From assembly GCF_032116555.1 (NCBI RefSeq), contig NZ_CP134949.1, positions 868,001 through 932,000 on the forward strand: a DNA stretch of 64,000 nt, written 5' to 3'. The notes under the pieces are model-generated. The model ran no database searches. It saw only the letters and a list, made by a program, of their open reading frames with translations, and was not told where the DNA came from. Within the stretch, counting starts at the first letter, position 1; each line of letters starts with the position of its first letter. Shown piece by piece: positions 48,842-60,639 of the stretch. The position numbers and the translations under genes were made by a program. Source of the stretch: Halorarum halobium (GTDB lineage Archaea > Halobacteriota > Halobacteria > Halobacteriales > Haloferacaceae).

Positions 48842-49475
48842 GGGACCACACGCTGACCAGCCCGTCGTCACCGCGGGCGCCGACCTGGACGAGGCCCGCG
48901 CGGCGGTCGTGATGGTCCACGGCCGCGGCGCGACCGCACGGAGCATCCTCGGGATGGCCGGCGAGTTCGGGACCGACCGCGTCGCCTACCTCGCGCCCCA
49001 GGCGGCGAACCACACCTGGTACCCCCACTCGTTCATGGAGGAGACCGGGAAGAACCAGCCACACCTCGACTCCGCGCTGGCGTTCCTCGGGGAGACGGTC
49101 GAGCGTGCCGTCGAGGCCGTCGGCGCCGACCGTGTCGCGCTGCTCGGCTTCTCGCAGGGCGCGTGTCTCTCCTCGGAGTGGGTCGCCCGGAACGCCCGGC
49201 GATACGGCGGCATCATCGCGTTCTCGGGCGGGCTCATCGGGCCGGAGGGGACGCCCCGCGAGTACGACGGCGACCTGGACGGGACGCCCGCGTTCCTGGG
49301 CTGCTCGGACGTCGACCCCCACATCCCGCTCGAACGGGTGCGGGAGACGACCGAGGTGTTCGAGGACCTGGGCGCGGCCGTCGACGAGCGCATCTACGAG
49401 GGGATGGGCCACGGCGTCAACGAGGACGAACTCTCGGCCGCGAAGGGAATCGTGACGAGCCTGGAGCGGGAGTAG
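48834..49475 (+). CDS. Phospholipase/carboxylesterase (MhqD-like alpha/beta hydrolase)
   Basis: VHGRG, GFSQG, DPHIP, GMGH; overlaps the dioxygenase stop. Confidence 0.9.
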   Translation: MSEGPHADQPVVTAGADLDEARAAVVMVHGRGATARSILGMAGEFGTDRVAYLAPQAANHTWYPHSFMEETGKNQPHLDSALAFLGETVERAVEAVGADRVALLGFSQGACLSSEWVARNARRYGGIIAFSGGLIGPEGTPREYDGDLDGTPAFLGCSDVDPHIPLERVRETTEVFEDLGAAVDERIYEGMGHGVNEDELSAAKGIVTSLERE

Positions 49476-49505
49476 GGCTGCCCGTCACCGACCGGGAACG
49501 CGGAA

Positions 49506-49853
49506 CTACTCCTGAACTTCCTCGAGAACCGACTCGCCTGCCCCCGCTTTCGACTCCCACTCCCACTCGTCCTCGACGCGGACGCGTCCGTCCGCCAGCA
49601 GGCTGACCGTCCCGACCGAGTGGCCGGTCGCGGTCTCGTCGTCCTCGTTCACCTGCACGTATCTGACGTCCCACTCGCGGTTCTCGACCGTGCCGACCAG
49701 GTAGCCGTGCACGATCGGACCGCCGGAGTAGGTCGCGCTGATCCGGTTTCCGTCCTGTTCGAACCGGAACCGCGTGTCGCCGCTCACTTCGCCCGCATCG
49801 TCGTTCGCCACGCCGACGAGCGTTCGCCCGTCGAGCGATAGTTCCTCGGTCAT
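49506..49853 (-). CDS. Small all-beta hypothetical protein
   Basis: GEVSGDTRFRFEQ...YSGG..GYLVG...YVQ...GHS...WEW; acidic. Confidence 0.75.
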   Translation of the reverse strand: MTEELSLDGRTLVGVANDDAGEVSGDTRFRFEQDGNRISATYSGGPIVHGYLVGTVENREWDVRYVQVNEDDETATGHSVGTVSLLADGRVRVEDEWEWESKAGAGESVLEEVQE

Positions 49854-49933
49854 CGTCGGAGGGAGAACCGCCGGAACCGTAACTGTTCGTCCACGTCTCG
49901 TCCCGATTCACACGTCGGCCTCACCCGTCGGTA

Positions 49934-50560
49934 CTATCCCGTCCGCGACACGCCGACCCGGCCGTCCGTCCCTTCCAGTTCGAACCCGGCGTCGACGAGC
50001 CAGTCACGGGCCGCGCCGTCGCCGTGTGTCAGCACCTCGCCCAGATCCCCTGGCTCGTCAACGTCGGTCGCCAGCCGCCGGGAGTCCACCTCGCGGACGC
50101 TCGCGCCGACGTCCCGCGCGGCCCGGAGGTGGTCGAGGTACGAGGCCCCGTGGTAGTCGACCCGAAACGCCGGGTGGCGGACGACGAGCGCGTTCGTCCC
50201 GCCCCCACGGCCCGGTGCGATCACGACGTCGCCGGGGGCCCGCAGGCGGGCGAGCGAGTCGGGCGTCGCCAGCGCGAGGTCGGCCATCACGACCGCGAGC
50301 GGCTCGTCGGCCGTTGTCTGCTCGTGCTCGGCCAGCGCGTCGTTCACGGCGTCGGTCAGCGGCCGGTCGTCGACGGTCGTCGGCACGTCCTGGCCGGCCG
50401 TCTCGGTCGCGAGCAGGTGCGGCGAGAAGTCGGCAGCGCGGAGCGCCGCGAGCACGTCCGTCAACATCGCGTCGGCGAACGCTCGCCGTTCCGCGCCGGT
50501 GAGAACGTCGGCGAGGCGCGTCTTCGGCCGTTCGGCCGCGAACGGCACGAGCGCGCGCAT
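49934..50560 (-). CDS. cofC: 2-phospho-L-lactate (PEP) guanylyltransferase, F420 biosynthesis
   Basis: VPF...KTRL, MADLAL, GRGGGTN, DVDEPGDL. Confidence 0.92.
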   Translation of the reverse strand: MRALVPFAAERPKTRLADVLTGAERRAFADAMLTDVLAALRAADFSPHLLATETAGQDVPTTVDDRPLTDAVNDALAEHEQTTADEPLAVVMADLALATPDSLARLRAPGDVVIAPGRGGGTNALVVRHPAFRVDYHGASYLDHLRAARDVGASVREVDSRRLATDVDEPGDLGEVLTHGDGAARDWLVDAGFELEGTDGRVGVSRTG

Positions 50561-50561
50561 C

Positions 50562-51350
50562 TCAGCCGAGTCGGTCGTAGCTGTCCCGCTGGGAGCGCCA
50601 GTAGAGGACGCCACCGACGACGATCGCCAGCACGAGCAGGCCGGCGACGCCGTACAGGACGTACCGGTTCCGCTGCTGGGTGCTGGAGGCCCGGTTCGCC
50701 TCGCGCTCGGCGCGCTCGGCGAGCGTGACGGCGTTGTCGAAGTTCTCGCCCTCGTAGGCGTTCACGGCGCTGTCGAACGTCTCCCGTGCGTTCGCCGGGG
50801 TGCCGGCCGACTCGATCGCCGCGGCGGCCGAGTCGAGCGCCTCGCGCGCCTCGCGGCTCTCCTCGGTGTAGTGGGTCGCGTTCCGCGCGGTGATCTCATC
50901 GGAGGTGCCGCCCTCGCGGACCTGGCGGAGTTCGAGGAGCCGGAACTCCTGCTGGTCCCCGTAGGTGAACGCCTCGATCGGCGGCACGGTGCCGGTGACG
51001 CGGACGTCGACCTGATCCGTGCCGTCATCGATCGAGACCGAGGAGCCGTTGAACGTCCCCCCGTCGTAGGACTGCTGGTTCACCTGGTTGCCCGCCTGGT
51101 CGTAGTAGGTGACCGTCCACGTGACGTTCTCCAGCCCGGTCGAGCCGGCGAGCTGCCAGCTGTCGTAGTCGCTGTACAGCTCGGTGAGCGTCAGGGTCGC
51201 CGTCACCTCGCTCCCGACCTCGCCAGTCTCGGGCACGTCCTCGTCGCCGACTGACACGGCGGCGGCTGGTGCGACGGCCGCGACCAGCAACGCGAGGACG
51301 ACGAGGACCTGAACGAGCTCAGAACAGCGATTCGAGCTCGTCTTCGTCAT
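50562..51350 (-). CDS. Secreted, membrane-anchored hypothetical protein between cetZ and cofC
   Basis: Signal peptide, beta-rich domain, helical stalk, C-terminal TM followed by YWR; start overlaps the cetZ 3' end. Confidence 0.8.
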   Translation of the reverse strand: MTKTSSNRCSELVQVLVVLALLVAAVAPAAAVSVGDEDVPETGEVGSEVTATLTLTELYSDYDSWQLAGSTGLENVTWTVTYYDQAGNQVNQQSYDGGTFNGSSVSIDDGTDQVDVRVTGTVPPIEAFTYGDQQEFRLLELRQVREGGTSDEITARNATHYTEESREAREALDSAAAAIESAGTPANARETFDSAVNAYEGENFDNAVTLAERAEREANRASSTQQRNRYVLYGVAGLLVLAIVVGGVLYWRSQRDSYDRLG

Positions 51351-52500
51351 CACTGACCAGGTTGTCCAGGTTGTCGTCGCTCTCCTGGCGGATCTCGTCG
51401 ATGTTGTCCTGGGCCTCGATGGCGACCTGCTGGAGCTCCTTGATGCGCGGGACGTTCGTCACGCCCGACAGCAGGATGACCGACGCGACGAAGCCGGAGC
51501 CCGTGACGGGGTAGTCGCCGCCGCGGACCTCCATCGAGCCGGTCTGCTCCTCGAGCCACTTCCGGCCGCGCTCGATCCCCTTCCGGTTGAGGTGCTGGGG
51601 CGGCCCCGCCATGACGAGCAGGGCGCGCTCGGCGCCCTCGATCTCGCAGGGCAGGGTGAGCCGCCCGAGCGCCGCCTTCCGGACGAGCGACGTGATTCGG
51701 TTCGTCGTGTGGGCGGTGTCGAGACCGTCCGTGCCGCCGTCGTCGCCGGTGAGCCGCGAGAGCAGGCCGCCCGAGGACTGCTCTTCGACCTCCTCGCTGG
51801 CGTACCCCACCGTCGAGACGCCGCCGCCCGACAGCGTGTTGATGATCTCGCTGGAGTCGACGACGGATTCGGCGACCTCCTGGCCGGCCTCGACCTCGCC
51901 GGCACCGAAGAGGATGCCGAACCGCTTGACGATCTCCTCGTTGATCTCGTCGTAGCCGCCCGAGACCGACTCGCCGGTCTTGCGCCACGCGTCGTTGTCG
52001 AACACCATGAGGTTGTCCACCTCACGGACGAACGTCTGGAACGAGCGCGCCGCGTTGAGGGTGTAGATGCCACCCTCGTCCGAGCCCGGCAGGATGCCCA
52101 GCCCGTACACCGGTTCGGTGTAGATGCGCTTGAGGTGCTTTGCGAGCACGGGCGAACCGCCCGACCCGGTGCCGCCGCCCAGCCCGGCGACCACGAGGAA
52201 CGCGTCGACCTCGTGGACCGGGATGGAGTCGATGGCCCCCTGCACCTCGTCGATGTCCTCCTCGGCGATTTCCGCGCCGAGTTCGTTGTCGGCGCCGACC
52301 CCGTGCCCCTTGACGCGCGACTGACCGATGAGCACGCGCTGGTCCTCCGGGATGTTCTCCAGTCCCATGAGGTCGGCTTTCGCCGTGTTGACTGCGACCG
52401 CGGCGCGAACGATGTCGCTCCCCGTCCGGCGGTCGTAGTCGACGAACGTATCGACGATCTTTCCCCCCGCCTGACCGAACCCGATGAGTGCGAGTTTCAT
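51319..52500 (-). CDS. cetZ1: Tubulin/FtsZ-family CetZ protein, CetZ1-like
   Basis: MKLALIGFGQAGGK, GGGTGSG, FDND, ELESLF amphipathic tail; cofC neighbourhood. Confidence 0.9.
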   Translation of the reverse strand: MKLALIGFGQAGGKIVDTFVDYDRRTGSDIVRAAVAVNTAKADLMGLENIPEDQRVLIGQSRVKGHGVGADNELGAEIAEEDIDEVQGAIDSIPVHEVDAFLVVAGLGGGTGSGGSPVLAKHLKRIYTEPVYGLGILPGSDEGGIYTLNAARSFQTFVREVDNLMVFDNDAWRKTGESVSGGYDEINEEIVKRFGILFGAGEVEAGQEVAESVVDSSEIINTLSGGGVSTVGYASEEVEEQSSGGLLSRLTGDDGGTDGLDTAHTTNRITSLVRKAALGRLTLPCEIEGAERALLVMAGPPQHLNRKGIERGRKWLEEQTGSMEVRGGDYPVTGSGFVASVILLSGVTNVPRIKELQQVAIEAQDNIDEIRQESDDNLDNLVSDDEDELESLF

Positions 52501-52850
52501 GCGTCTCCCCTCCTCATTAGGCGAGAGACAGTTGTACCGCGGGTAAAAGGTTTGTGATGCGGGTATCGTTCTTGAGAGCCCTGACCCGCCCGACGGGGGC
52601 CTGAAACCGCACGACTGCGGCCGTGTGAGCTTACGACTCCGCCGCGGTCCGAGCGTCCGACGCCTGTCTGACGCGCCATGAGTACGATCCTTTAGGAGGC
52701 CCTTTCCGCATTAGTTACTTCCGTCATAACGGGTATCCTGTCGGGAACTATCGGTCACAAACTGGCTTCCGCTCGCGTTCGTCGGCGAGTTCGTCGCGGG
52801 GACCACGCCCATCGAGGCCGGTGGAGGCGACTCGAGCGGCGGTGAACTGC

Positions 52851-53789
52851 TTACGCGGGCGTCCCCGCCGGACTGGTCGCGTCGCGCCGGCCCGACAGGC
52901 CGAGGTAGTCGGCGAACGTGGTGAGATCCGCCTCCGTCCGGCCGAACGCGTCGAGGTCGTTGTCGGGCGTCGTGTGGTTCATCCGCAGCGAGCGGTACTG
53001 GTCGGGACCCAGTTTGAACCCGAGCGTCCCGAGGACCGTGAGCCCGACGCGGGCCAGCCCCATCGGGAGCCCGACGACCCTGACGGATTTGCCCTCGGAC
53101 TCGTACACCATGTCAGCGATCTCCCGGAGCGTGAGCACGTCCGGCCCGCCGACGTGGTACAGCTCGCCCAGGTGCCGTTCCTCCTCGAGCGCGTCGGCGA
53201 GGATCGGCACCAGGTCCCCGACCCAGATTGGCTGGAACGGCGTCCGGCCGCCGCCCGGGAGCGGGTAGACCGGCAGGGCGGGAGCGAACAGCCGCTTCAT
53301 CTCCTTCGTGAACGAGACGAACTCGCCGCCGTCGCCGAAGACGACCGAGGGGCGGAAGATGACGTGGGGCACGTCGCCGTCCCGGACCGCCTCCTCCGCG
53401 CGGCCCTTCGCCCGCAGGAAGTCCGTACTCCCCCCCGAGTCGGCACCGAGCCCGGACATCTGCAGGAAGCAGTCGACGTCGGCCCCCTCGGCCTCCCCGA
53501 GGAGGTTCTCCGTTCCCCGCCGGTGGACCCTGTCGTGCATCTCGTTGCCGCCCGCCGGCCTGAACAGCGGGGAGAGCGAAACGAGGTTCACCACCGCGTC
53601 CATGCCGTCGGCGGCGCCGTCGATGGAGTCGGCGTCGCTCACGTCGCCCGCGAGCGTCTCCACGCCGTCGGGCAGATCAGCCCCGCCGGGCGAGCGCGAC
53701 ATCGCCGTGACGTCGTGGCCGCGCTCGGACAGCTCCCGACAGAGGTACGTGCCGATGAAGCCCGTGCCACCCGCGATGAGGACCTTCAT
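52851..53789 (-). CDS. NDUFA9-like NAD(P)-binding atypical SDR
   Basis: AGGTGFIG, FLRAKG.AE, FRPSVVFG, FQPIWVGD. Confidence 0.9.
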   Translation of the reverse strand: MKVLIAGGTGFIGTYLCRELSERGHDVTAMSRSPGGADLPDGVETLAGDVSDADSIDGAADGMDAVVNLVSLSPLFRPAGGNEMHDRVHRRGTENLLGEAEGADVDCFLQMSGLGADSGGSTDFLRAKGRAEEAVRDGDVPHVIFRPSVVFGDGGEFVSFTKEMKRLFAPALPVYPLPGGGRTPFQPIWVGDLVPILADALEEERHLGELYHVGGPDVLTLREIADMVYESEGKSVRVVGLPMGLARVGLTVLGTLGFKLGPDQYRSLRMNHTTPDNDLDAFGRTEADLTTFADYLGLSGRRDATSPAGTPA

Positions 53790-53815
53790 GCGTCCCGACG
53801 TTGACGCGGACGTGA

Positions 53816-55611
<1,796 letters not shown>

Positions 55612-55612
<1 letters not shown>

Positions 55613-56529
55613 TGGTCGACGCCGAGTCGTTCATCGAGGAGGCGACCGCCGAGATCGCCGAGGCGGTCGGCGAGTCGAACGCGGTCATCGCGCTCTCGGG
55701 CGGGGTGGACTCGTCGGTCGCGGCCGCGCTCGCCTACCGTGCCATCGGCGACCGGCTCACTCCGGTGTACGTCGACACCGGGCTGATGCGGAAGGGCGAG
55801 ACCGAGTCCATCCGCGAGACGTTCGCGTTCATGGACTCGCTCCGGGTCGTCGAGGCGGGGGACCGCTTCCTCGACGCGCTGGCGGGCGTCACCGACCCCG
55901 AGGAGAAGCGCCACGTCATCGGCGAGGGGTTCATCCGCGAGTTCGAGCGCGAGGCGACGGAGGCCGACGCCGACTACCTCGTGCAGGGAACGATCTACCC
56001 CGACCGCATCGAGAGCGAGGGGAACATCAAGTCCCACCACAACGTCGGGGGGCTGCCGGACGTGGTCGACTTCGAGGGCATCGTCGAACCGGTCCGCGAC
56101 CTGTACAAGGACGAGGTCCGGGAGGTCGCCCGCGCGCTCGACCTGGAGGAAGTCGTCTCCGAGCGCATGCCGTTCCCCGGCCCCGGCCTGGCGGTCCGCA
56201 TCGTCGGCGAGGTGACCCGCGAGAAGGCCGCGGTGGCCCGCGAGGCGTGCCACGTCGTCGAGGAGGAGACGGAAGAACACGACCCCTGGCAGGCGTTCGC
56301 GGCCGTGCTCGGCAAGGCGACCGGCGTGAAGGGCGACAACCGCGTCCACGGCTGGGTGGTGGCGGTCCGGTCGGTCGAATCACGGGATGGGATGACCGCC
56401 CGGGCGCAGGAACTCCCGTGGGAGACGCTCCAGCGCATCCAGTCGCGGATCACGGGCGAGAACGAGAACGTCGCTCGGGTGGTGTACGACGTGACCCACA
56501 AGCCGCCCGCGACGATCGAGTACGAGTAG
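55612..56529 (+). CDS. guaAb: GMP synthase subunit B (ATP pyrophosphatase)
   Basis: SGGVDS PP-loop, [30 protein letters not shown]. Confidence 0.96.
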
Positions 56530-56677
56530 TTCTCTTCGTAGGGGACGGGTTTTTCCGTCGGTGCTTCGAACTTTTGGGGGGTTCTCGGCCTGTGGCGACT
56601 GGTTCGGAAGCCTCTGTGATTCTCCGTTCTCCAGGTGTCGCATTCGGTCCTGTCCCGGGTGTCGTGACGGCTACCTC

Positions 56678-57228
56678 GAAAGCCCCCGCCTGGCTACGCT
56701 CCCGCGGCACGCTCCGTGCTCCTCGCGCTCGCTTCGCTCGCGCTGTGGTGCTTGAGGCGCCGGGGTTCGCGTACCCAGCCGGCCCCTTTCAGTCCCACCC
56801 ACCCCGACCGCCCCGCACCACAGCCTCCCCAGCCGATTCGCTCGTCGCTCCGCTCCTCGCTCATCCCTCGCGCGCGCCGACCGCACCGGTTGGACAGAGT
56901 CACGTGGCGCGCGGCGGTCGAGCGCTAGCGAGACCGCTCGTGCGAGGGACGAGCATCGCAGCGACCGAAGGGAGCGAGAAGCGCAGGAGGCTGGGGAGGA
57001 TGAGGTGCTGTGCGGTTGCGGTGGGTGGGACTGAAAGGGGCCGCGGCGCTCGACGACGGCGCGGACCGTCAAGCACCGTGGTTCGAGAGAGCGGAGCTCT
57101 CTCGTCATCACGAAAATCTTCGATTTTCGAACGACTCCGCTCGCGTGAGCCTCGCACGAGCGGTCTCGCTAACGCTCGACCGCCGCGCGCCACGTGGCTC
57201 GTCCAGTCGAGTGCGGTCGGCGCGTGCA
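56678..57228. repeat. Composite family A locus: forward copy plus a reverse copy enclosed by long inverted repeats
   Basis: Cores at 56781-56800 and 57023-57047; 47-bp inverted repeat 56901-56947 / 57150-57196 with one mismatch. Confidence 0.9.
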
Positions 57229-57331
57229 GGCGGGTCGCCGTGCTCGCGAGCGAACGTGGAACCGGGGACGAACTCACGCCGACCACGGAACGAGAGGGCA
57301 TTTTACAACCACACGCCGGCAACCCCAGGGT

Positions 57332-58588
57332 ATGACAGCCGATCGCACGAGCGCCGGGTTCAAGCGGCGAACCCGTCTCGCCGAGGCGCGAACGACCCTT
57401 CTCGAGGCCGTCCAGCGCCACGGGCGAACCGAGCAGGTTCCCCTCACGGAGGCCGACGGCCGCGCGGTCGCCGGGACCGTGAGCGCGCCGCGGGCCGTCC
57501 CGGCCTACGACCGGGCCGCGATGGACGGCTGGGCGGTGCGAGCAGAGGACACCTTCGGCGCGTCGGGGCGCTCGCCGGCGGTGCTCCGGGCGAGCGACGG
57601 CGCGGCCGTCCCGAACGGGGCCGTGCGCGTCCAGACCGGCGAGGAACTGCCCGACGGCGCGGACGCCGTCGTCGCGGTCGAGGGGACCGAGGAACTCGGC
57701 ACCGAAGTCGAGGTGTTCGACGCCGTCGCGGCCGGCGAGAACGTCGGCGAGACGGGCGAGGACGTCACGGCGGGCCAGCCTCTCCACGAGCCGCCCCGTC
57801 GCCTCCGGCCCTCGGACCTCGGCCTGCTGAAATCCGTCGGCCTCGACACGGTCGAGGTGTTCGAGCGGCCGCGCGTGTCCGTCGTCCCGACCGGAGAGGA
57901 GCTCGTGCAGGCCGATCCTCGGCCCGGCGAGACGATCGAGACGAACGGGCTGACCGTCTCCCGGCTGGCCGAGCGCTGGGGGGCCGACGCCACGTACCGG
58001 GAGGTCGTCACCGACGACGAGGACGCGCTGGCGGCGGCGGTCGAGCGCGACCTCGCTCACGACGTGGTCGTCACCACCGGCGGCTCCTCGGTGGGCGAGC
58101 GCGACCTCGTCCCGGACGTCGTCGCGGACCTCGGCGAGGTGCTGGTCCACGGGGTCGCGGTCAAGCCCGGGCATCCGGTCGCGCTCGGCGTCGTCGAGGA
58201 CACGCCGGTCGTGATGCTCCCCGGCTACCCGGTGTCCTGTCTCGTCACCGCCGTCCAGTTGCTCCGCCCGGTGTTGAAGCGCGTCGGCGGTCTCCCCGCC
58301 GGCCCGTCCCCGACACGTCGGGCGACCCTGACCGGGAAGGTCGCCTCGGAGCCCGGGATCCGGACGTTCGCACGGGTGACTCTCTCGGACCGCTCGGACC
58401 GCTCGGACCGCTCCGACCCACCGGGCGGTGACGGTCCCGCGCTCGCGGCCGACCCGGTCAGGGCCTCGGGGGCCGGCGTCCTCTCGTCGGTCGCGCTGGC
58501 CGACGGTTGGGTCGTCGTGCCCGAGTCGCGGGAGGGTGTCGACGCCGGCGACGCGGTCGACGTCGAACTGTGGGAGGTGGACGAATGA
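57332..58588 (+). CDS. moeA1: Molybdopterin molybdotransferase
   Basis: RAAMDGWAV, TGEEL, TGGSSVG, VKPGHP, LPGYPVS. Confidence 0.92.
   Translation: MTADRTSAGFKRRTRLAEARTTLLEAVQRHGRTEQVPLTEADGRAVAGTVSAPRAVPAYDRAAMDGWAVRAEDTFGASGRSPAVLRASDGAAVPNGAVRVQTGEELPDGADAVVAVEGTEELGTEVEVFDAVAAGENVGETGEDVTAGQPLHEPPRRLRPSDLGLLKSVGLDTVEVFERPRVSVVPTGEELVQADPRPGETIETNGLTVSRLAERWGADATYREVVTDDEDALAAAVERDLAHDVVVTTGGSSVGERDLVPDVVADLGEVLVHGVAVKPGHPVALGVVEDTPVVMLPGYPVSCLVTAVQLLRPVLKRVGGLPAGPSPTRRATLTGKVASEPGIRTFARVTLSDRSDRSDRSDPPGGDGPALAADPVRASGAGVLSSVALADGWVVVPESREGVDAGDAVDVELWEVDE
58384..58418 (+). repeat. In-frame 9-bp tandem repeat (CTCGGACCG)x3 plus a partial copy
   Basis: Encodes SDRSDRSDRSD in MoeA1. Confidence 0.8.
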
Positions 58589-60636
58589 GCGACGAGCGCG
58601 ACGACGGCGGGAACGACCGCCACGACGGCGACGGTCACGATCACGGCGCGGTCGACGCCGGCGACCACGGCGACCACGGCGACCACGGCGACCACGGCGA
58701 CCACGGCGACCACGGCCCGGACCGGAAGGAGTTCCGCGACCTGGCCACGCCGGAAGCGGCCCACGAGGCGATCGCCTCGCTGGACCTCGCGTCGGACCCT
58801 GAATCCGTCCCGCTCGCCGAGGCACGGGGGCGGGTGCTCGCCGAGCGCGTCGACGCCGACCTCGACGTCCCGGGGTTCGACCGGGCGTCGATGGACGGCT
58901 ACGCGGTCCGAGCGCGGGACACGTTCGGGGCCGACGAGGCCGACCCCGCGCGACTCGAACTCGCGGGCGTGGTCCACGCCGGCGCGGAACCCGAGGTGAC
59001 AGTCGAGTCCGGGACGTGTGCGGAGATCTCCACGGGCGCGGTGATGCCCGACGGGGCGGACGCGGTGGTGATGGTCGAGCGGACGAGCCAGTCCGGGGAC
59101 ACGATCGAGATCCGGACCGCGGTCACGCCGGGCGAGCACGTCATGTTCGCGGGCGCGGACGTCGCCGCCGGCGCGCGGGCGCTCGGCCCCGGCACGGAGT
59201 TGACGCCACGCGAGGTCGGCCTGCTCTCGGCGCTCGGACGCGACGAGGTCACGGTTCGCGGAAAACCGACGGTCGGGGTCGTCTCCACCGGCGACGAACT
59301 GGTCCGGCCGGGCGGGGAGCTCCACAGCGAGCGCGGGCAGATCTACGACGTGAACAGCTACACCGTCGCCGCGGGGATCGAGGAGGCCGGCGGCGAACCG
59401 CGCCTCTACCCCCACGCCGGCGACGACTACGAGGAGATGGAGCGCCTGCTCGTCGAGGCCAGCGAGGAATGTGATCTCGTGCTCTCCTCCGGGTCGACGT
59501 CGGCCTCGGCGGTCGACGTCGTCTACCGCGTCATCGAGGCGCGCGGCGACCTGCTGCTCCACGGCGTCGCGGTCAAGCCGGGCAAGCCGATGCTCGTCGG
59601 GCGCGTCGGGGAGTCGGCGTACGTCGGCCTCCCGGGCTACCCCGTCTCGGCGCTCACCATCTTCCGGACGTTCGTCGCGCCGGCCATCCGCGAGGCGGCA
59701 GGGAAGCCGGAGCCCCGGACCGCGACCGTCGCGGGGACGATGGCCGTTCGGGAGCGCTACGCGGAGGGCAGGATGCGGCTCATGCCCGTGGGACTGGTCG
59801 AGCGCGGGCCGGCAGGCCCGGACGGCGGCGGCGACGCCGCCGGAGCCGGGAACGTTCTCGTCTACCCAGTCGACAAGGGCTCGGGCGCGACGACGAGCCT
59901 CGTCGAGGCCGACGGCGTCGTGGTCGTCGACCCGGACACGGAGTATCTCGCCGAGGGCGAGGCGGTCGAGGTGCAACTGTTCTCGCCGGACGTGCGCCCG
60001 CCGACCGCCTTCGGCGTCGGCGAGGACGACCCGGCGCTCTCGCGCCTGCTCGACCGGCTGGACCGGCCGCGCTACCTCCCGGCCGGGAGCCGCGGCGGGC
60101 TCCGCAGACTCCGGGACGGCGTCCCGGACTTCGCCGTCGCGGCCGGGCCGATCGAGCGGGACCCCGACGCGGTCGACCTCGGCGGCTGGACCCGCGAGTG
60201 GGGACTGGTCGTCCCCGCGGGCAACCCGGACGACGTGACGGGGATCGGCGACCTCGCGGACCGCGAACTCCGGTTCGTCAACCGCGACGCGAACTCCGGG
60301 CTCCGGACGAGCCTCGGGAACGCGGTCGCCGACCTGGCGGCCGAGCGCGGCGTGGACCGACACGAACTCGTCGAGGCCATCGACGGCTTCGACCGCTCGG
60401 TCCGGGCCCACGAGTCGCCCGCCCGGCGCGTGTTCGGGGGCGATGCGGACGCGGGCCCGGGCCTGCGCGCGACCGCGGAGAAACTCGGTGCCGGATTCGT
60501 CTCGCTCGGCGAGCAGGACGTCCGCGTGCTCGCCAACCCGGGCCGCGTGGAGAAGCCCGGCGTCATCGAGCTCCGCGAGGTCCTCCGTGACTTCGACGAC
60601 GTGCTGGAGGGACTGGCCGGCTATGGGGGCGAGTAA
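58585..60636 (+). CDS. moeA2: MoeA with C-terminal periplasmic-binding-protein-like domain
   Basis: RASMDGYAV, STGDEL, SGSTS, LPGYPVS; C-terminal FVNR..NSG.R; ATGA-coupled to moeA1. Confidence 0.92.
   Translation: MSDERDDGGNDRHDGDGHDHGAVDAGDHGDHGDHGDHGDHGDHGPDRKEFRDLATPEAAHEAIASLDLASDPESVPLAEARGRVLAERVDADLDVPGFDRASMDGYAVRARDTFGADEADPARLELAGVVHAGAEPEVTVESGTCAEISTGAVMPDGADAVVMVERTSQSGDTIEIRTAVTPGEHVMFAGADVAAGARALGPGTELTPREVGLLSALGRDEVTVRGKPTVGVVSTGDELVRPGGELHSERGQIYDVNSYTVAAGIEEAGGEPRLYPHAGDDYEEMERLLVEASEECDLVLSSGSTSASAVDVVYRVIEARGDLLLHGVAVKPGKPMLVGRVGESAYVGLPGYPVSALTIFRTFVAPAIREAAGKPEPRTATVAGTMAVRERYAEGRMRLMPVGLVERGPAGPDGGGDAAGAGNVLVYPVDKGSGATTSLVEADGVVVVDPDTEYLAEGEAVEVQLFSPDVRPPTAFGVGEDDPALSRLLDRLDRPRYLPAGSRGGLRRLRDGVPDFAVAAGPIERDPDAVDLGGWTREWGLVVPAGNPDDVTGIGDLADRELRFVNRDANSGLRTSLGNAVADLAAERGVDRHELVEAIDGFDRSVRAHESPARRVFGGDADAGPGLRATAEKLGAGFVSLGEQDVRVLANPGRVEKPGVIELREVLRDFDDVLEGLAGYGGE
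58660..58713 (+). repeat. Perfect in-frame tandem repeat (GGCGACCAC)x6 encoding (GDH)6
   Basis: Six exact 9-mers read directly. Confidence 0.95.
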
Positions 60637-60639
60637 TCC

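Noticed and set aside
52497..52679. 60-aa ORF overlapping the cetZ start
   Set aside because: Arg-rich and crosses the likely promoter; the ATGA overlap is probably chance.
56678..57228. CRISPR array or IS element
   Set aside because: No regularly spaced direct repeats, no cas or transposase gene; the repeats are inverted and dispersed.
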